Shown here piece after piece: positions 48,828 to 59,416 of a stretch of 64,000 nucleotides of DNA; the stretch's first letter is position 1, and the number at the start of each line of letters is the position of its first letter. Under the pieces are notes generated by a model. That model was not told the DNA's origin and ran no database searches. It worked only from the letters and a program-made list of their open reading frames with translations. The position numbers and the translations under genes are program-made. Source of the DNA: Candidatus Poribacteria bacterium (lineage in GTDB: Bacteria > Poribacteria > WGA-4E > UBA9662); contig JAYZAL010000047.1 of the NCBI GenBank assembly GCA_036339735.1, positions 1 through 64,000 of the forward strand, read 5' to 3'.

Positions 48828-49943
48828 TTATTGTTGCATTAATTGTAAGACGGTTTGTGAAATCTGGTTGGCTTGTACCATCATTGCTGATCCTGACTGA
48901 ACCAGAATCTGGTACTTAGCTAACTCCATCGCTTCCTTAGCATAATCAACGTCTCTAATAGTCGAAATAGAAGCTTTCAAATTTACAATAGTACTATCCG
49001 CATTAGTGGCAGTGAATTCAAGTCGATTCTGAGTCGCACCTATGAAGCTACGATCATCGTTGATGGCTTCAATTGCAGCATCAAGAGTACTGATTGCTGC
49101 TTGAGCTCCGGCTAAATTATCCAATGATGATTGACTCAACCTCAACCCTTTAGCAGTAGCATCGCCAAGAGTGAAATCCAGATTACTGTCAGCATCATCA
49201 TCCGCACCAATCTGGACTGTACTTCCAGTGGCAGTAACCTCGAATGTCGAATTGGCCACATTATTGAGGTCGAATTCTTCGTCAAAAGCAACCGTTAGAC
49301 CGAGACTGGCGAATTGGTAGGTTTTGATTTCCCCGGCGCTAGCTGGCGTAAAATCGACCACTTCGAACTCACCTGTAGTTTTATTAACTAGTTTTAGGCT
49401 TCCAGGTTTGGATTCAAAACTATAGCTACCGGAACTAACTTTTTGCCCACCATGGCCGGCCGTACTAACTGAATCGATACCAATGCCAGTAACTGTGGAA
49501 ACTGTTGCTTTTTGAGAACCGTCGATTAATTTGATTTGATTATATTCGGTTGATCTGGCGATCCGATCAACCTCAGACTTGAGTTGCTGGTATTCCATAT
49601 CGATAGTTGATCGATCTTTTGTATTCAAATTGTCAGAAGCACTTTGTACGGCTAGTTCTCTCATGCGAGCCAGGATATTATGAATATCGTTTAGTGATCC
49701 TTCTGCAGTTTGTAACATATCAATTGTTCGTTTGGAATTTGTTTGTGCTTTTTGTAAGGAGCGAACTCTGTTACTAAGTCGAGTGGCAATGGCAGCGCCT
49801 TCTGTATCGTCGGAAGCTTTATTAATTCTCAAACCAGTTGATAATCTTTCTATACTTTCTTCTAATTTTGTTTGGGAATGTGCGAATGCACGATACGTTT
49901 TCATCGAACTGATATTGCTATTAACATTGAATCCGGTTGCCAT
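48828..49943 (-). CDS. fliC: Flagellin
   Basis: ERLSTGLRINKASDD, QTAEGSL, RMRELAVQSA, IGATQNRLE, STIRDVDYAKE, QANQ. Confidence 0.96.
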   Translation of the reverse strand: MATGFNVNSNISSMKTYRAFAHSQTKLEESIERLSTGLRINKASDDTEGAAIATRLSNRVRSLQKAQTNSKRTIDMLQTAEGSLNDIHNILARMRELAVQSASDNLNTKDRSTIDMEYQQLKSEVDRIARSTEYNQIKLIDGSQKATVSTVTGIGIDSVSTAGHGGQKVSSGSYSFESKPGSLKLVNKTTGEFEVVDFTPASAGEIKTYQFASLGLTVAFDEEFDLNNVANSTFEVTATGSTVQIGADDDADSNLDFTLGDATAKGLRLSQSSLDNLAGAQAAISTLDAAIEAINDDRSFIGATQNRLEFTATNADSTIVNLKASISTIRDVDYAKEAMELAKYQILVQSGSAMMVQANQISQTVLQLMQQ

Positions 49944-49993
49944 TTTCTTTCTCCGACTTTATCGAGTTGGTTACTCACTCAAAACCTGATACC

Positions 49994-50021
49994 TTATCGG
50001 TAGATTAACCGGATATGTTTA
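49994..50021 (-). promoter_or_regulatory. sigma28 (FliA/SigD)-type promoter of flagellin
   Basis: TAAA-N16-ACCGATAA versus consensus TAAA-N15/16-GCCGATAA, about 50 nt before ATG. Confidence 0.65.
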
Positions 50022-50200
50022 ATCTTTTTTTCAAAAAAGCTTGCCGTATATTTCCATGCATGAGAAGTTCATGTTCTGTTTACTCAGATTGGTTGGCTTT
50101 TTTATTCAGACTAAAATATAATTTGCCATTTACTGACCAAGGTCTTGGAGGAGTCTTTCCCCAAGAAAATCAAGCCTCTAGCCTAAGAAGTGTGAATAGC

Positions 50201-51379
50201 ATGCGAAGTTATTTAACCCATTTAGAGTGTACTAATTGCCAACAACAATTTTCAGCTCAGGAAATACATACGCTATGTTCTGATTGTGGTAAGGTCCTTT
50301 TTGCTCGTTACGATTTAACTTCTGTAAAGGAAATTTGGAAAAAATCCGACCTACTAGGTCGAAAAAACGATATCTGGCGCTGGTTTGAAATCATGCCAGT
50401 ATTATCGTTGGAGAACGTGATTTCCTTGGGGGAAGGAGCAACACCGTTGTTACATGCTCATTCACTTGGTGAAATACATAATGCAAAACAACTATACATT
50501 AAAGATGAAGGTCTTAATCCGACTGGGAGTTTCAAAGCTCGCGGTTTATCCGCAGCTGTGTCTAAAGCCAAAGAGTTAGGAATTAGTTCAATCGCTATTC
50601 CTTCAGCTGGTAATGCAGCTGCAGCCCTAGCGGCTTATGGTAGTCGCGCAAAAATGGAAATTCATGTTTTCATGCCAAATGACACACCGGCCATGATGAT
50701 GCGGGAAGCTGTCGTGTATGATGCTAATCTACATTTAGTTGATGGTTTAATTAATCAAGCAGGTCAGGAGTTGAAAGCATCAGCTAAAAACTGGTTTGAC
50801 GTTTCTACATTAAAAGAACCGTATCGAGCAGAAGGGAAAAAAACCATGGGGTTGGAATTGGCTGAACAGTTTAACTGGTCACTACCAGAAGCAATTATTT
50901 ATCCAACTGGTGGTGGAACTGGTATTGTTGGTATGTGGAAAGCTTTCGATGAGCTAGAGCAGATTGGTTGGATTGGTAGTGAACGACCACAAATGATTTC
51001 CGTACAGTCAGAAGGTTGTGCACCTATCGTACGAGCATTTGAAAAGGGGGATAGCCATGCTGAATTATGGGAAGACGCAGAAACTATTGCTCCTGGAATG
51101 CGGGTTCCGGTAGCAGTGGCTGATTATCTGATGTTGCAGATCATTCGAGAAAGTAATGGAACCGCATTGACTGTTTCAGACGCTGAAATTCACTCATCTA
51201 TACACCGAATGGCAAGCCAAGAAGGCGTATTCGCCGCTCCAGAAGGTGCCGCGACCTATGCTGCTTATGAAAAATTATTGGCGAATGGGCATTTACAACC
51301 TGAGATGAGTGTAGTTTTATTCAACACAGGCAGCGGTATGAAAACGCCCGATTTGATTACGCTTCCAACAAGAACTTGA
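50201..51379 (+). CDS. thrC: Threonine synthase family PLP enzyme with N-terminal Cys knuckle; start reassigned to 50201
   Basis: CTNC..CSDC, LGEGATPL, NPTGSFKARG, SAGNA, EGKKT, PTGGG, APEGAA, FNTGSG.K. Confidence 0.8.
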   Translation: MRSYLTHLECTNCQQQFSAQEIHTLCSDCGKVLFARYDLTSVKEIWKKSDLLGRKNDIWRWFEIMPVLSLENVISLGEGATPLLHAHSLGEIHNAKQLYIKDEGLNPTGSFKARGLSAAVSKAKELGISSIAIPSAGNAAAALAAYGSRAKMEIHVFMPNDTPAMMMREAVVYDANLHLVDGLINQAGQELKASAKNWFDVSTLKEPYRAEGKKTMGLELAEQFNWSLPEAIIYPTGGGTGIVGMWKAFDELEQIGWIGSERPQMISVQSEGCAPIVRAFEKGDSHAELWEDAETIAPGMRVPVAVADYLMLQIIRESNGTALTVSDAEIHSSIHRMASQEGVFAAPEGAATYAAYEKLLANGHLQPEMSVVLFNTGSGMKTPDLITLPTRT

Positions 51380-51424
51380 TAATTTTCAAAATCAGGGCCG
51401 AATTTTTTAACTGAGGAATATCAC

Positions 51425-52444
51425 ATGACATATAAAGTTGGGCTTATTGGTTGTGGTGGACGCCAGAATGCACATCTAGAATCTTTTCGCGACAACCTTA
51501 ATTGCAAGGTTGTCGCGGTCGTTGATATCAATCCACAGATAGGACAAGCGTTCGCAGAAAAACACGATATACCAGAGTCATTTGTTTCTGTGAACGACAT
51601 GGTACGATCAAGTGAAGTGGATATTGTTACTGTTGTCACACGACCTAAATGGATTTATCAACCAGTGATGGAATCAATCCAGTGTGGAGTCAAAGGCATC
51701 CTGATGGAAAAACCTTTTGGTGTTAATATCGAAGACTCAAAGAAAATGCTAGAATCAGCAAAAAAAAACGATACAACTCTATTAGTCAATCATCAGTATC
51801 GGTTTTTCGATTTAGCCGAACAAATGAAAAATATTTTACAAAGTGGTGAATTCGGAACCGTTGAATATATGCGGGCAATTAGTGCTATCAAGCTACACGG
51901 TCAAGGAACACATATGATAGATTTTGCCCGTTTCCTGTATAACGATCGACCATTTTCGTGGGCCTTAGGCAATTTTGCAGGGTCGGAGTCATTCGATGCT
52001 AAACAGATAGGACCAGATTATGATACGGGAATTTTAGTCTTTGAAGATGGTGTGCCAATTTATGTTGAGGCTGGAAGGGGATCTTCTCAATCCCCTTATG
52101 TTGGCAATGGACTTAATTTATACGTGGATGCAGTCTGTACCAAAGGCCGTATTTGGTTCGGTTTGTCACACGGTTTGAGAATCTGGTATCCTGATGGACG
52201 TTATCAAGAAATAGAAGGTATTTGGCCAGCCATTAGTAAACCAGCACAGACTCGTTTGGTAGCTAGTTTGCTTGATACTATAGAAAACGGTACAGAAAAT
52301 CGTTGTCAAGCAAGTAAGGCCTATTCTACCCAAGAAGCACTATGTGGTTTATTAGAATCTGGTTTAACACACCAAAAAATCAACTTTCCACTCAACATCC
52401 CACCTGGGCTTATGGATCGGGTAAGAAATCGAATGAATGTATGA
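51425..52444 (+). CDS. Gfo/Idh/MocA-family oxidoreductase
   Basis: GLIGCGG, MEKP, NHQYRF, GTHMID. Confidence 0.92.
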   Translation: MTYKVGLIGCGGRQNAHLESFRDNLNCKVVAVVDINPQIGQAFAEKHDIPESFVSVNDMVRSSEVDIVTVVTRPKWIYQPVMESIQCGVKGILMEKPFGVNIEDSKKMLESAKKNDTTLLVNHQYRFFDLAEQMKNILQSGEFGTVEYMRAISAIKLHGQGTHMIDFARFLYNDRPFSWALGNFAGSESFDAKQIGPDYDTGILVFEDGVPIYVEAGRGSSQSPYVGNGLNLYVDAVCTKGRIWFGLSHGLRIWYPDGRYQEIEGIWPAISKPAQTRLVASLLDTIENGTENRCQASKAYSTQEALCGLLESGLTHQKINFPLNIPPGLMDRVRNRMNV

Positions 52445-52718
52445 CATTGAAACCCATCAGAAAAAAAACATCGACTTATATCAACATATTAAAGCGCAAC
52501 TGCACCAATGGGAATTTGCAGCGACTAATAAGCTAGCTTTCTATATTCAAACGATTGTGCTTAAAAACTAAGAGCTGGACGTTTTCTTGAGTTTGACAAC
52601 ACAGTATATAAGAGGCGATTAGTTCTAGAAACAAGTCCTGTCGGCGACTCTTTCGAAACCAAATTTGTAGTTTCTCTTTAGATAAGTTCTGTTACCTGTA
52701 GGCAACAGAACTATCAGT

Positions 52719-54095
52719 TTAGCCTCGATCTTTTAGATCGTACATAGCAATAATATAAGGGTGATCGGGATCGTAGTGGGTTAAGGTATCTGAGCTATCA
52801 ACACGACCCACAGAACGTGTATTTTCGCCTTTGGTACTAGTTAAATCATCACCTAGATCTTTACGGTAAATATCCATTTGGGCATTTAGATCAGCTACGA
52901 TATCTGGGTGTTGATCGTATAGATTAGTAGTTTCGCTAATATCAGCAACTAGATCATAAAGTTCGTTACATACTTCAATGCCAGATTTCCCTACCGTATG
53001 AGTGTGTAATTTCCAACGACCACTCCGAATTGCCATTAGATTGTGAAGGCGATAATAAAGGAAGGTTTCACGAGGAGTTATCGCACCTTCCTCATTTCTT
53101 ATTAGTGAACTTATGTTTTTTCCATCAATGATACGATCGGAAGGCATTTCACCGCCTGCTAGTTCGACCAGCGTTGGACAGAGGTCAATAGCAGAAACCA
53201 ACTGGTTACTTACGGAGCCGGGTGGAATCTGAGAAGGCCACCGCATGATACAAGGTACTCGCTGACCTCCTTCCCAAGTTGTTCCCTTTGTTCCACGAAG
53301 TGGTTTATTACTACCACCTTCACCTCTAGCTCGAGAACCATTATCACTGGTAAAAATGACCAAAGTATTTTCATCCAATCCTAATCGTTTTAGTTCATCA
53401 AGTAATACACCAACGCTCCAGTCAATTGCTTGAACAGCTGCGCCATAACGACCATTTTCCGATTCACGCATGAAACGATCAGGTGGGTAGATGGGTAAGT
53501 GAACGTACATATGTGCGAAATAAAGAAAGAACGGTGTGTCTTGGTTGGCCCGAATAAATCTAACTGATTCTTCAACATAACGTTCAGTGACAGAAGCTTG
53601 ATCAGGCTGTTCTTGAATCACATCTTCATCGAGTAATAAGGGAAGAGGTGGGTATTTGTCGTCCGGGGTTTGACGTCCCATATCGTTAGAATATGGAATG
53701 CCATAATAACTATCAAAACCATGCCGGGTCGGGAGAAATTCTTTCTGATCACCACAGTGCCATTTGCCAACGATCTTGGTCGCATAACCCACGTCTTTCA
53801 GTAGAGACGCCACCGTTTTTTCGGCTGGATTCAATCCTAGTGATTGGCCAGGGAAAAGGACCCACCGGCCGTCGAATTCAGCAAACCCAATACGAGGAGG
53901 ATAACAACCAGTTAGCATTGCACCTCGAGAAGGTGAGCACACAGGTGACCCCATGTAGAAATCGGTGAACTGGATTCCGTCTGCGGCCATCTGATCCAAG
54001 TATGGTGTTTGATTGATATCAGAGCCGTAGCAACCGAGATCACCGTAACCAAGATCATCACAGTTGATAAGTATGATATTAGGCTGATCGGACAT
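52719..54095 (-). CDS. Cys-type arylsulfatase-family sulfatase
   Basis: PNIILINCDDLGYGD, CSPSR, GKWH, PYSNDM, TSDNG, KGTTWEGG.RVP. Confidence 0.95.
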   Translation of the reverse strand: MSDQPNIILINCDDLGYGDLGCYGSDINQTPYLDQMAADGIQFTDFYMGSPVCSPSRGAMLTGCYPPRIGFAEFDGRWVLFPGQSLGLNPAEKTVASLLKDVGYATKIVGKWHCGDQKEFLPTRHGFDSYYGIPYSNDMGRQTPDDKYPPLPLLLDEDVIQEQPDQASVTERYVEESVRFIRANQDTPFFLYFAHMYVHLPIYPPDRFMRESENGRYGAAVQAIDWSVGVLLDELKRLGLDENTLVIFTSDNGSRARGEGGSNKPLRGTKGTTWEGGQRVPCIMRWPSQIPPGSVSNQLVSAIDLCPTLVELAGGEMPSDRIIDGKNISSLIRNEEGAITPRETFLYYRLHNLMAIRSGRWKLHTHTVGKSGIEVCNELYDLVADISETTNLYDQHPDIVADLNAQMDIYRKDLGDDLTSTKGENTRSVGRVDSSDTLTHYDPDHPYIIAMYDLKDRG

Positions 54096-54167
54096 TAAAA
54101 ACTCCCTTTATCTATAGTTAATAAAAAATCATCTGAAGCGATTATAGACAAAACCTATATGCCTTTA

Positions 54168-54200
54168 CCTGAATCATCAGGTTCCAGATTATGATTCAGG
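54168..54200. repeat. 10-bp inverted repeat CCTGAATCAT..ATGATTCAGG, possible terminator or operator
   Basis: Perfect arms with a 13-nt loop in the intergenic space. Confidence 0.5.
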
Positions 54201-54286
54201 CTTGCAGTAGAATTAAAACTAAGAATGTCCACTTCAGTGTTCGTCGATTTTTTTAGAAGTAGTACTTAATTTTTTGAATAAAGAGA

Positions 54287-55213
54287 CTACTTTTCTATTT
54301 TTTGTAGGTGCCAACCTGATTTTGTAATCTGAATCTCATTAATTCCCTGATATTGGTCAAAAGTCTGCTCCATCTCTCCAACATTTTCAAAAAATCCTAT
54401 CAAATTAACAACACCGAAGCTTTCGCCTGACTTTATTGGCCAGCCACCGATCTCTTGAATCATACACACATAACTTCGTTGATGGCACCAAGCTTCATAA
54501 ACGATTGATGGATCTAAGGTCATCCCAGCCAACCAGTATCCATTATTAAGCTGATAGGCACGAATAAACCGTTCAGGCGCACGGTCCTTGGTACGCTGGT
54601 ATAAATAACGAGTATCGGGGGCAAAATCTATCTCGAACTCCTTTGCTGCGATATAGCCGTGATAACTAAGGTATATTTGCTTAAAACTATCTCCTTTCTT
54701 GTGCTTAATATGGCTGGGCATATCCATCCTTAGTACAAGAGAATCCACAGAGTTAACACTGGTAACTTTATCGTAAGCAAAAAACCAGCCAACACCATTC
54801 GGAAACACGAGCCACTGTTCCCACAAAGAACCACTCCTATAAGGTAGTTGGGCTGAATCCCAATTGAACCACTGTTTCAGGGCTACAAAATCTTTCCCCT
54901 TAACTATTTCGAACGGTAGCTTTTTGGCTTTGGTACAAATTTGGGGTAGCTCAACATAACGTTTGGGCAGTTGTCCGTGTACTAGATCACCCCAACGATA
55001 ATTTGGCGGTGTTGAGGTGTCGGAATTATTGATACCTGGTTCAAGCAAGAAGTCAACGATGCACAAACCAAAACCGAGATCCTTAGCCCCAGTACGCTTA
55101 TCAACAAATGACTCAGCCCCTACACCAGTTACATAACCTTCTGTCAGTATCTTCGCCTGATAACGGTCTGTCTCAATTTCAACGGAACCTTCATTTTCGT
55201 TAATGGTTAGCAC
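54287..55213 (-). CDS. Hypothetical beta-rich protein, possibly carbohydrate-active
   Basis: 308-aa ORF, aromatic-rich; GYVTGV...SFVDK.TGAKDLGFGL, EAWCHQR. Confidence 0.75.
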   Translation of the reverse strand: MLTINENEGSVEIETDRYQAKILTEGYVTGVGAESFVDKRTGAKDLGFGLCIVDFLLEPGINNSDTSTPPNYRWGDLVHGQLPKRYVELPQICTKAKKLPFEIVKGKDFVALKQWFNWDSAQLPYRSGSLWEQWLVFPNGVGWFFAYDKVTSVNSVDSLVLRMDMPSHIKHKKGDSFKQIYLSYHGYIAAKEFEIDFAPDTRYLYQRTKDRAPERFIRAYQLNNGYWLAGMTLDPSIVYEAWCHQRSYVCMIQEIGGWPIKSGESFGVVNLIGFFENVGEMEQTFDQYQGINEIQITKSGWHLQKIEK

Positions 55214-55229
55214 AGAGGTACCGATTCAC

Positions 55230-55892
55230 CTATATTTTACAGTAGGTCCACTTTACCATGCCAGAGTGCCCAATAGATCGGTAGGCTGCAACCAAATGGT
55301 AATAAGTCGACGATTGATAAGGATCCAAAGTCAACGCTTTTTCTAAATAAGTAATGCCCTGGTTAATTTGGTTATTACTAATGGCCTGTTGGCCCAACAA
55401 CTGATAAGCCTCAGTTAGATTGGCGTCTATTTTTGTGGCGTGCAACAGATTTGATTTTGCTTCTTTATCGTCTTGGTAGTATAAATTAACCTCACCCAAG
55501 ACCAAATAAGCTTTTGCTGTTTGTGATAGTAGCTTGACAGCCTCTAGCTCGTGTGATTTTGCCCTGTTGAAAACACCCTCTTTTTGGTAAATCATGGCCA
55601 GATATAAGTGCGCTGTACCGTAGGCATCCGTTGACGTTTCCAAAGTTAGGACCTTCTGATAGGCAGTAATAGAATTACTCAGCCGCTCCTGTAATCGATA
55701 TGCTGCACCTAGTTGGCAGTATGCGGCTGCATTCTCTGGTTCTTGTGACAAGATTTGTGAGAATTTCGTAATGGATTCGTCGTATAACCCCATTTTTAGG
55801 TAGTTCATCCCATCCTCAAATTGGGTCGAGCTGGCCACTATGTTTATGCTAAACCAGAATAAAAATGCCAGAACGAACTGCCTGATGTCCAT
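55230..55892 (-). CDS. Exported TPR protein, apparently C-terminally truncated
   Basis: Signal peptide, about five TPRs (AYCQLGAAY, AHLYLA, AYQLLG, YYHLVAAY); ends mid-repeat. Confidence 0.8.
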   Translation of the reverse strand: MDIRQFVLAFLFWFSINIVASSTQFEDGMNYLKMGLYDESITKFSQILSQEPENAAAYCQLGAAYRLQERLSNSITAYQKVLTLETSTDAYGTAHLYLAMIYQKEGVFNRAKSHELEAVKLLSQTAKAYLVLGEVNLYYQDDKEAKSNLLHATKIDANLTEAYQLLGQQAISNNQINQGITYLEKALTLDPYQSSTYYHLVAAYRSIGHSGMVKWTYCKI

Positions 55893-55947
55893 TGGTTCAG
55901 TCTATCAAAGATTTTATGTGATGTAAATAAATTAGACTGATAATGCT

Positions 55948-56799
55948 TTAGAGAGTGGACAGGATCTTACGTAAATACTGAATATCTTCTTTGGCCCATT
56001 TTTCGAGGTTCGGCGGTGAAGTATCGGCATAGCCAACTTGACGAATAATAGTTTCATCAAACTGATACTCTGTGTGAACCGTCAGTGGACCATTGAAATT
56101 GGATTGATGTAAGTTTGCTAAACTATTTTTCCAATCCACAATACCAGATCCAACTTTGACAAAGTATGGACGGTAAATGGGGGAAAAGCTTTCTTCCCAT
56201 TGAGAATAACAGACATCTTTGATACCAACTACGGTCAGATAATTCCCCATCATTGATAAACCCATTGGCCAATCTTCCCCGTCGAGTTCTAAATGACCCA
56301 AATCTGGGTAAGCTCCCACTTCCTGCGGATCAAATCCTTTCAATAAGTACATCAATCCTGATATATTTGACCCAAGACAGGGTCCACTATGTGTCTGGTA
56401 ACAGGTCTGTACTTGGTAACGACGACTGAGAGCTGTAAACCCATCTAATGCTTTTCTGGCTCGATCGAAAAGTTGCCAATAATCATCGTTAGATTCAAAT
56501 TGCCAAAAACCGATTTTTAGTCGTGGAATGCCCGATTCAGCACAAGCAGCAAACAGACTTTCAGCTCGAGCATCTGGCTGATTAAGATCAGCTGGTGCTG
56601 TTGCTAGTGGGCAAATCAGTCCTTGCTCCTCCCAGATACGCGTAGCAGATGGAAGTTCAACGAGAGCATTATTAGGATCTATTGGATGATTAGGGCGTAA
56701 GCATATGTCCAAGCCATCATAACCTAAGTTCTTGGCGGTTTCACCCAAATCTTCTACTGATAAATGGTTGAAAAATTTTGAGTTAAGTACAATCTGCAT
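55948..56799 (-). CDS. Sugar-phosphate isomerase/epimerase (TIM barrel)
   Basis: GYDGLD..LR, QTHSG, DLGH, IKD, G.GIVDW, FNGPLTVHTEY. Confidence 0.85.
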   Translation of the reverse strand: MQIVLNSKFFNHLSVEDLGETAKNLGYDGLDICLRPNHPIDPNNALVELPSATRIWEEQGLICPLATAPADLNQPDARAESLFAACAESGIPRLKIGFWQFESNDDYWQLFDRARKALDGFTALSRRYQVQTCYQTHSGPCLGSNISGLMYLLKGFDPQEVGAYPDLGHLELDGEDWPMGLSMMGNYLTVVGIKDVCYSQWEESFSPIYRPYFVKVGSGIVDWKNSLANLHQSNFNGPLTVHTEYQFDETIIRQVGYADTSPPNLEKWAKEDIQYLRKILSTL

Positions 56800-56982
56800 T
56801 TAATTTCCTTGTAAGCACTTTCGGATATTAGCTGGTAATTGTCAATTTAATGTTCGGCAAGGCTCGGCCAGCAAAATTGTAGCAATTATAGTCAAGAATG
56901 CCACGACATCAAATTTAACTAGTTCCTTTCCTTAGTTTATGATAGGCTGGAAGTCCACAATTAGGTTTTGGTGTAAGATTTT

Positions 56983-59022
56983 ATGATTGGGTTATTGGTA
57001 TTTCTAGGTTATGTATGTATGCCTATAGCTCAATCTATGGACTCACAAATGATAGAAGATCGAGACATAAAACTGCGTGTTTTGAAAGAAGATCATAGTC
57101 AGGCACTTTGGAATTATTTGATTGATCAGTCGAACAAACTAGATAGAAAAAGAGCTCAACGTCTAGCCGAAGCTCTAAAGACAAAGGATGAGTTACAGAA
57201 ATATCTTCGAGACTTACAAGACCATTACCTTCAGTTACTAGGTCCTTTCCCTTCCAAAACGCCACTGAGACCTCAAGTCAAAGGGGAGTTGATCGGTGAT
57301 GGATTTCGAGTCCAAAAAGTATTATTTGAGAGTTGGCCCAACCACCATGTGTCAGCCTTAATTTATCTGCCAGATCTTGACCCGAAACAGCATGGTCCTT
57401 GGCCAGGAATCTTATTTGCTTGTGGGCACTCCAATAATGGAAAAGCTTATATATCCTATCAGAAAGCATGTGCTCTTTTAGCTCAAAATGGGTTTGTAGT
57501 CTTAAGTTATGATCCTATTTCACAAGGGGAAAGAATACAAATGCCTAATGCCTCTCGTCATGGTACAACTGCTCATACTTTGCTTAATATCGGAGCAAGA
57601 TTAGTTGGGCGAAGTGTCGTTTGGTATCAAGCTTGGGACGGGATAAGAGCTTTGGATTACCTAACGAACCGTTCTGAAGTTGATAAAAATAAATCCATTG
57701 GTATGACAGGAACTAGTGGCGGTGGCACCCAAACGACCTTTTTAATGGCCTTAGATAACAGGATTGGGCCAGCTGCTCCATCCTGTTACACTATGCAAAG
57801 GACGTCTAAATTTTGCGGACATAGCGGACCAGCTGACGGCTGCCAACACCTACCGTTTGAAGGTCAATATGGTATAGACCATATTGATTATACCTTGATG
57901 CGTGCACCAAAACCGACAGCAATACTTGCAGCGACAAAAGATTTCTTTGAGATTGATTCAACGCGAGAAACTATACAGGATGCTGTCGCTGTTTATCAGA
58001 AACTTGATCAAAAAGAACGATTCCACTTCTTTGAAGCAAATGCAAAGCATGGAATGGGGTTGGAACATCGAAAAGAAGTAGTTCGATGGTTTCGTCATTG
58101 GTTTTACAAAGATTCGAGTCAAGTATCTGAACCGATGAATCTATCAACATTTTCTGAAACAGAGGTACAGGTGACAAATACTGGACAGGTTTCAACTGAT
58201 TTTCCCCATCAGGTAAGCGTTGCTGATCTAAATTTGGAGGAAGCTAAGCGGCTAGCAGAATTTCGAACTACATTTTGGCAAAATCATTCACCGGAAGAAT
58301 GCCTTAACAAAATTAGGAATTTGATTGGTCTTCCATTCAAAATTGGAACTGTAGAAGCAAAATCGATCGACGTTATAAAACAGAAAAGTAAAACGATTGA
58401 AAAGCTAGTACTAAAAAGACCCGGAAATATCCTCATACCAGCCCTTCTATTTCGAAAGCTAACAAAACATGATCGAAAGGGCAAATCAGTCATTTACCTT
58501 CATCACCAAGGGAAACATGTAGAAGCGAATAAGGAGATAGAAGAACTTCTTGAAGGCGCCAGACTTGTTCTAGCTATTGATGTTCGTGGGATAGGCGAAA
58601 TTCGTGATAAAGGTAGTAACACCAAATATCACAGCCATGATCATCGGATTAACACGGTCTCTATGCATATTGGTCGTTCTTTGTTTGGCCAGCGGGTAGA
58701 AGATATACTAATAGCTATTAAATATTTGCGGTTGCAGATAATTGATGAAGAAATCAACTCAGACCCGAGCCGAATTCACTTGGTCGGGATAGAAACGATG
58801 ACACCATTAGTACTTCACGCTGCAGTCTTAGATGATGGTGTAAACACCGTAGAATTAAGACGCCCAGTAGTAAGTAGCTGGGTCAACGATGTGGTTGCTA
58901 AGCCACTACGAAAAGAGATGGCAGGCATGGTGGTACCAGGTGCTCTAAAAATGTATGATTTACCTGATTTAATGAATCTACTCGGAGATCGTCTAACTTC
59001 AACACTTCCTCATACCAATTAA
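56983..59022 (+). CDS. Secreted alpha/beta hydrolase (acetylxylan esterase-like, two domains)
   Basis: ACGHS..GK, YDPISQGER, GTSGGG nucleophile, DFF, HG. Confidence 0.82.
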   Translation: MIGLLVFLGYVCMPIAQSMDSQMIEDRDIKLRVLKEDHSQALWNYLIDQSNKLDRKRAQRLAEALKTKDELQKYLRDLQDHYLQLLGPFPSKTPLRPQVKGELIGDGFRVQKVLFESWPNHHVSALIYLPDLDPKQHGPWPGILFACGHSNNGKAYISYQKACALLAQNGFVVLSYDPISQGERIQMPNASRHGTTAHTLLNIGARLVGRSVVWYQAWDGIRALDYLTNRSEVDKNKSIGMTGTSGGGTQTTFLMALDNRIGPAAPSCYTMQRTSKFCGHSGPADGCQHLPFEGQYGIDHIDYTLMRAPKPTAILAATKDFFEIDSTRETIQDAVAVYQKLDQKERFHFFEANAKHGMGLEHRKEVVRWFRHWFYKDSSQVSEPMNLSTFSETEVQVTNTGQVSTDFPHQVSVADLNLEEAKRLAEFRTTFWQNHSPEECLNKIRNLIGLPFKIGTVEAKSIDVIKQKSKTIEKLVLKRPGNILIPALLFRKLTKHDRKGKSVIYLHHQGKHVEANKEIEELLEGARLVLAIDVRGIGEIRDKGSNTKYHSHDHRINTVSMHIGRSLFGQRVEDILIAIKYLRLQIIDEEINSDPSRIHLVGIETMTPLVLHAAVLDDGVNTVELRRPVVSSWVNDVVAKPLRKEMAGMVVPGALKMYDLPDLMNLLGDRLTSTLPHTN

Positions 59023-59309
59023 TGCATAATGAACTGATGAGAACTACTAATTTATTGAATTTGGACTCCTTGGTAATACACCTTCGAGCGACTAGACCAA
59101 AATGGAAATTGTTATTCTGATTTGAGTTGTTTGGCCTGAATATTGTTTCAAAATCTGTTCAATTGGCAATGGCTTCTTAAATACAAAATAGCTTTATATT
59201 TACAGTGTCTTTTTCTCATTTTATCTACTAATAAATATTAGTAATGTTATTTCAACCATAGATTTTTAGCATGCTATTGGGTTATCTAATATATCGGATA
59301 GAACAGAGA

Positions 59310-59338
59310 TGGACAACTTTTGGGCACAATGATATAAT
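59310..59338 (+). promoter_or_regulatory. sigma70 promoter of the gatA operon
   Basis: TGGACA-N17-TATAAT with extended TG. Confidence 0.65.
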
Positions 59339-59416
59339 TCGGGGCGAATTATAACTTGCTTGATAGTTCGGCTAGCCAAACATCTAGTGGAAGTACCCTC
59401 TTGGAGAGACGATTTC

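Noticed and set aside
50015..50200. 62-aa N-terminal extension of thrC and a hairpin at about 50139-50166 as a riboswitch
   Set aside because: The extension overlaps the fliC promoter and is not protein-like; the hairpin matches no riboswitch consensus I recognise
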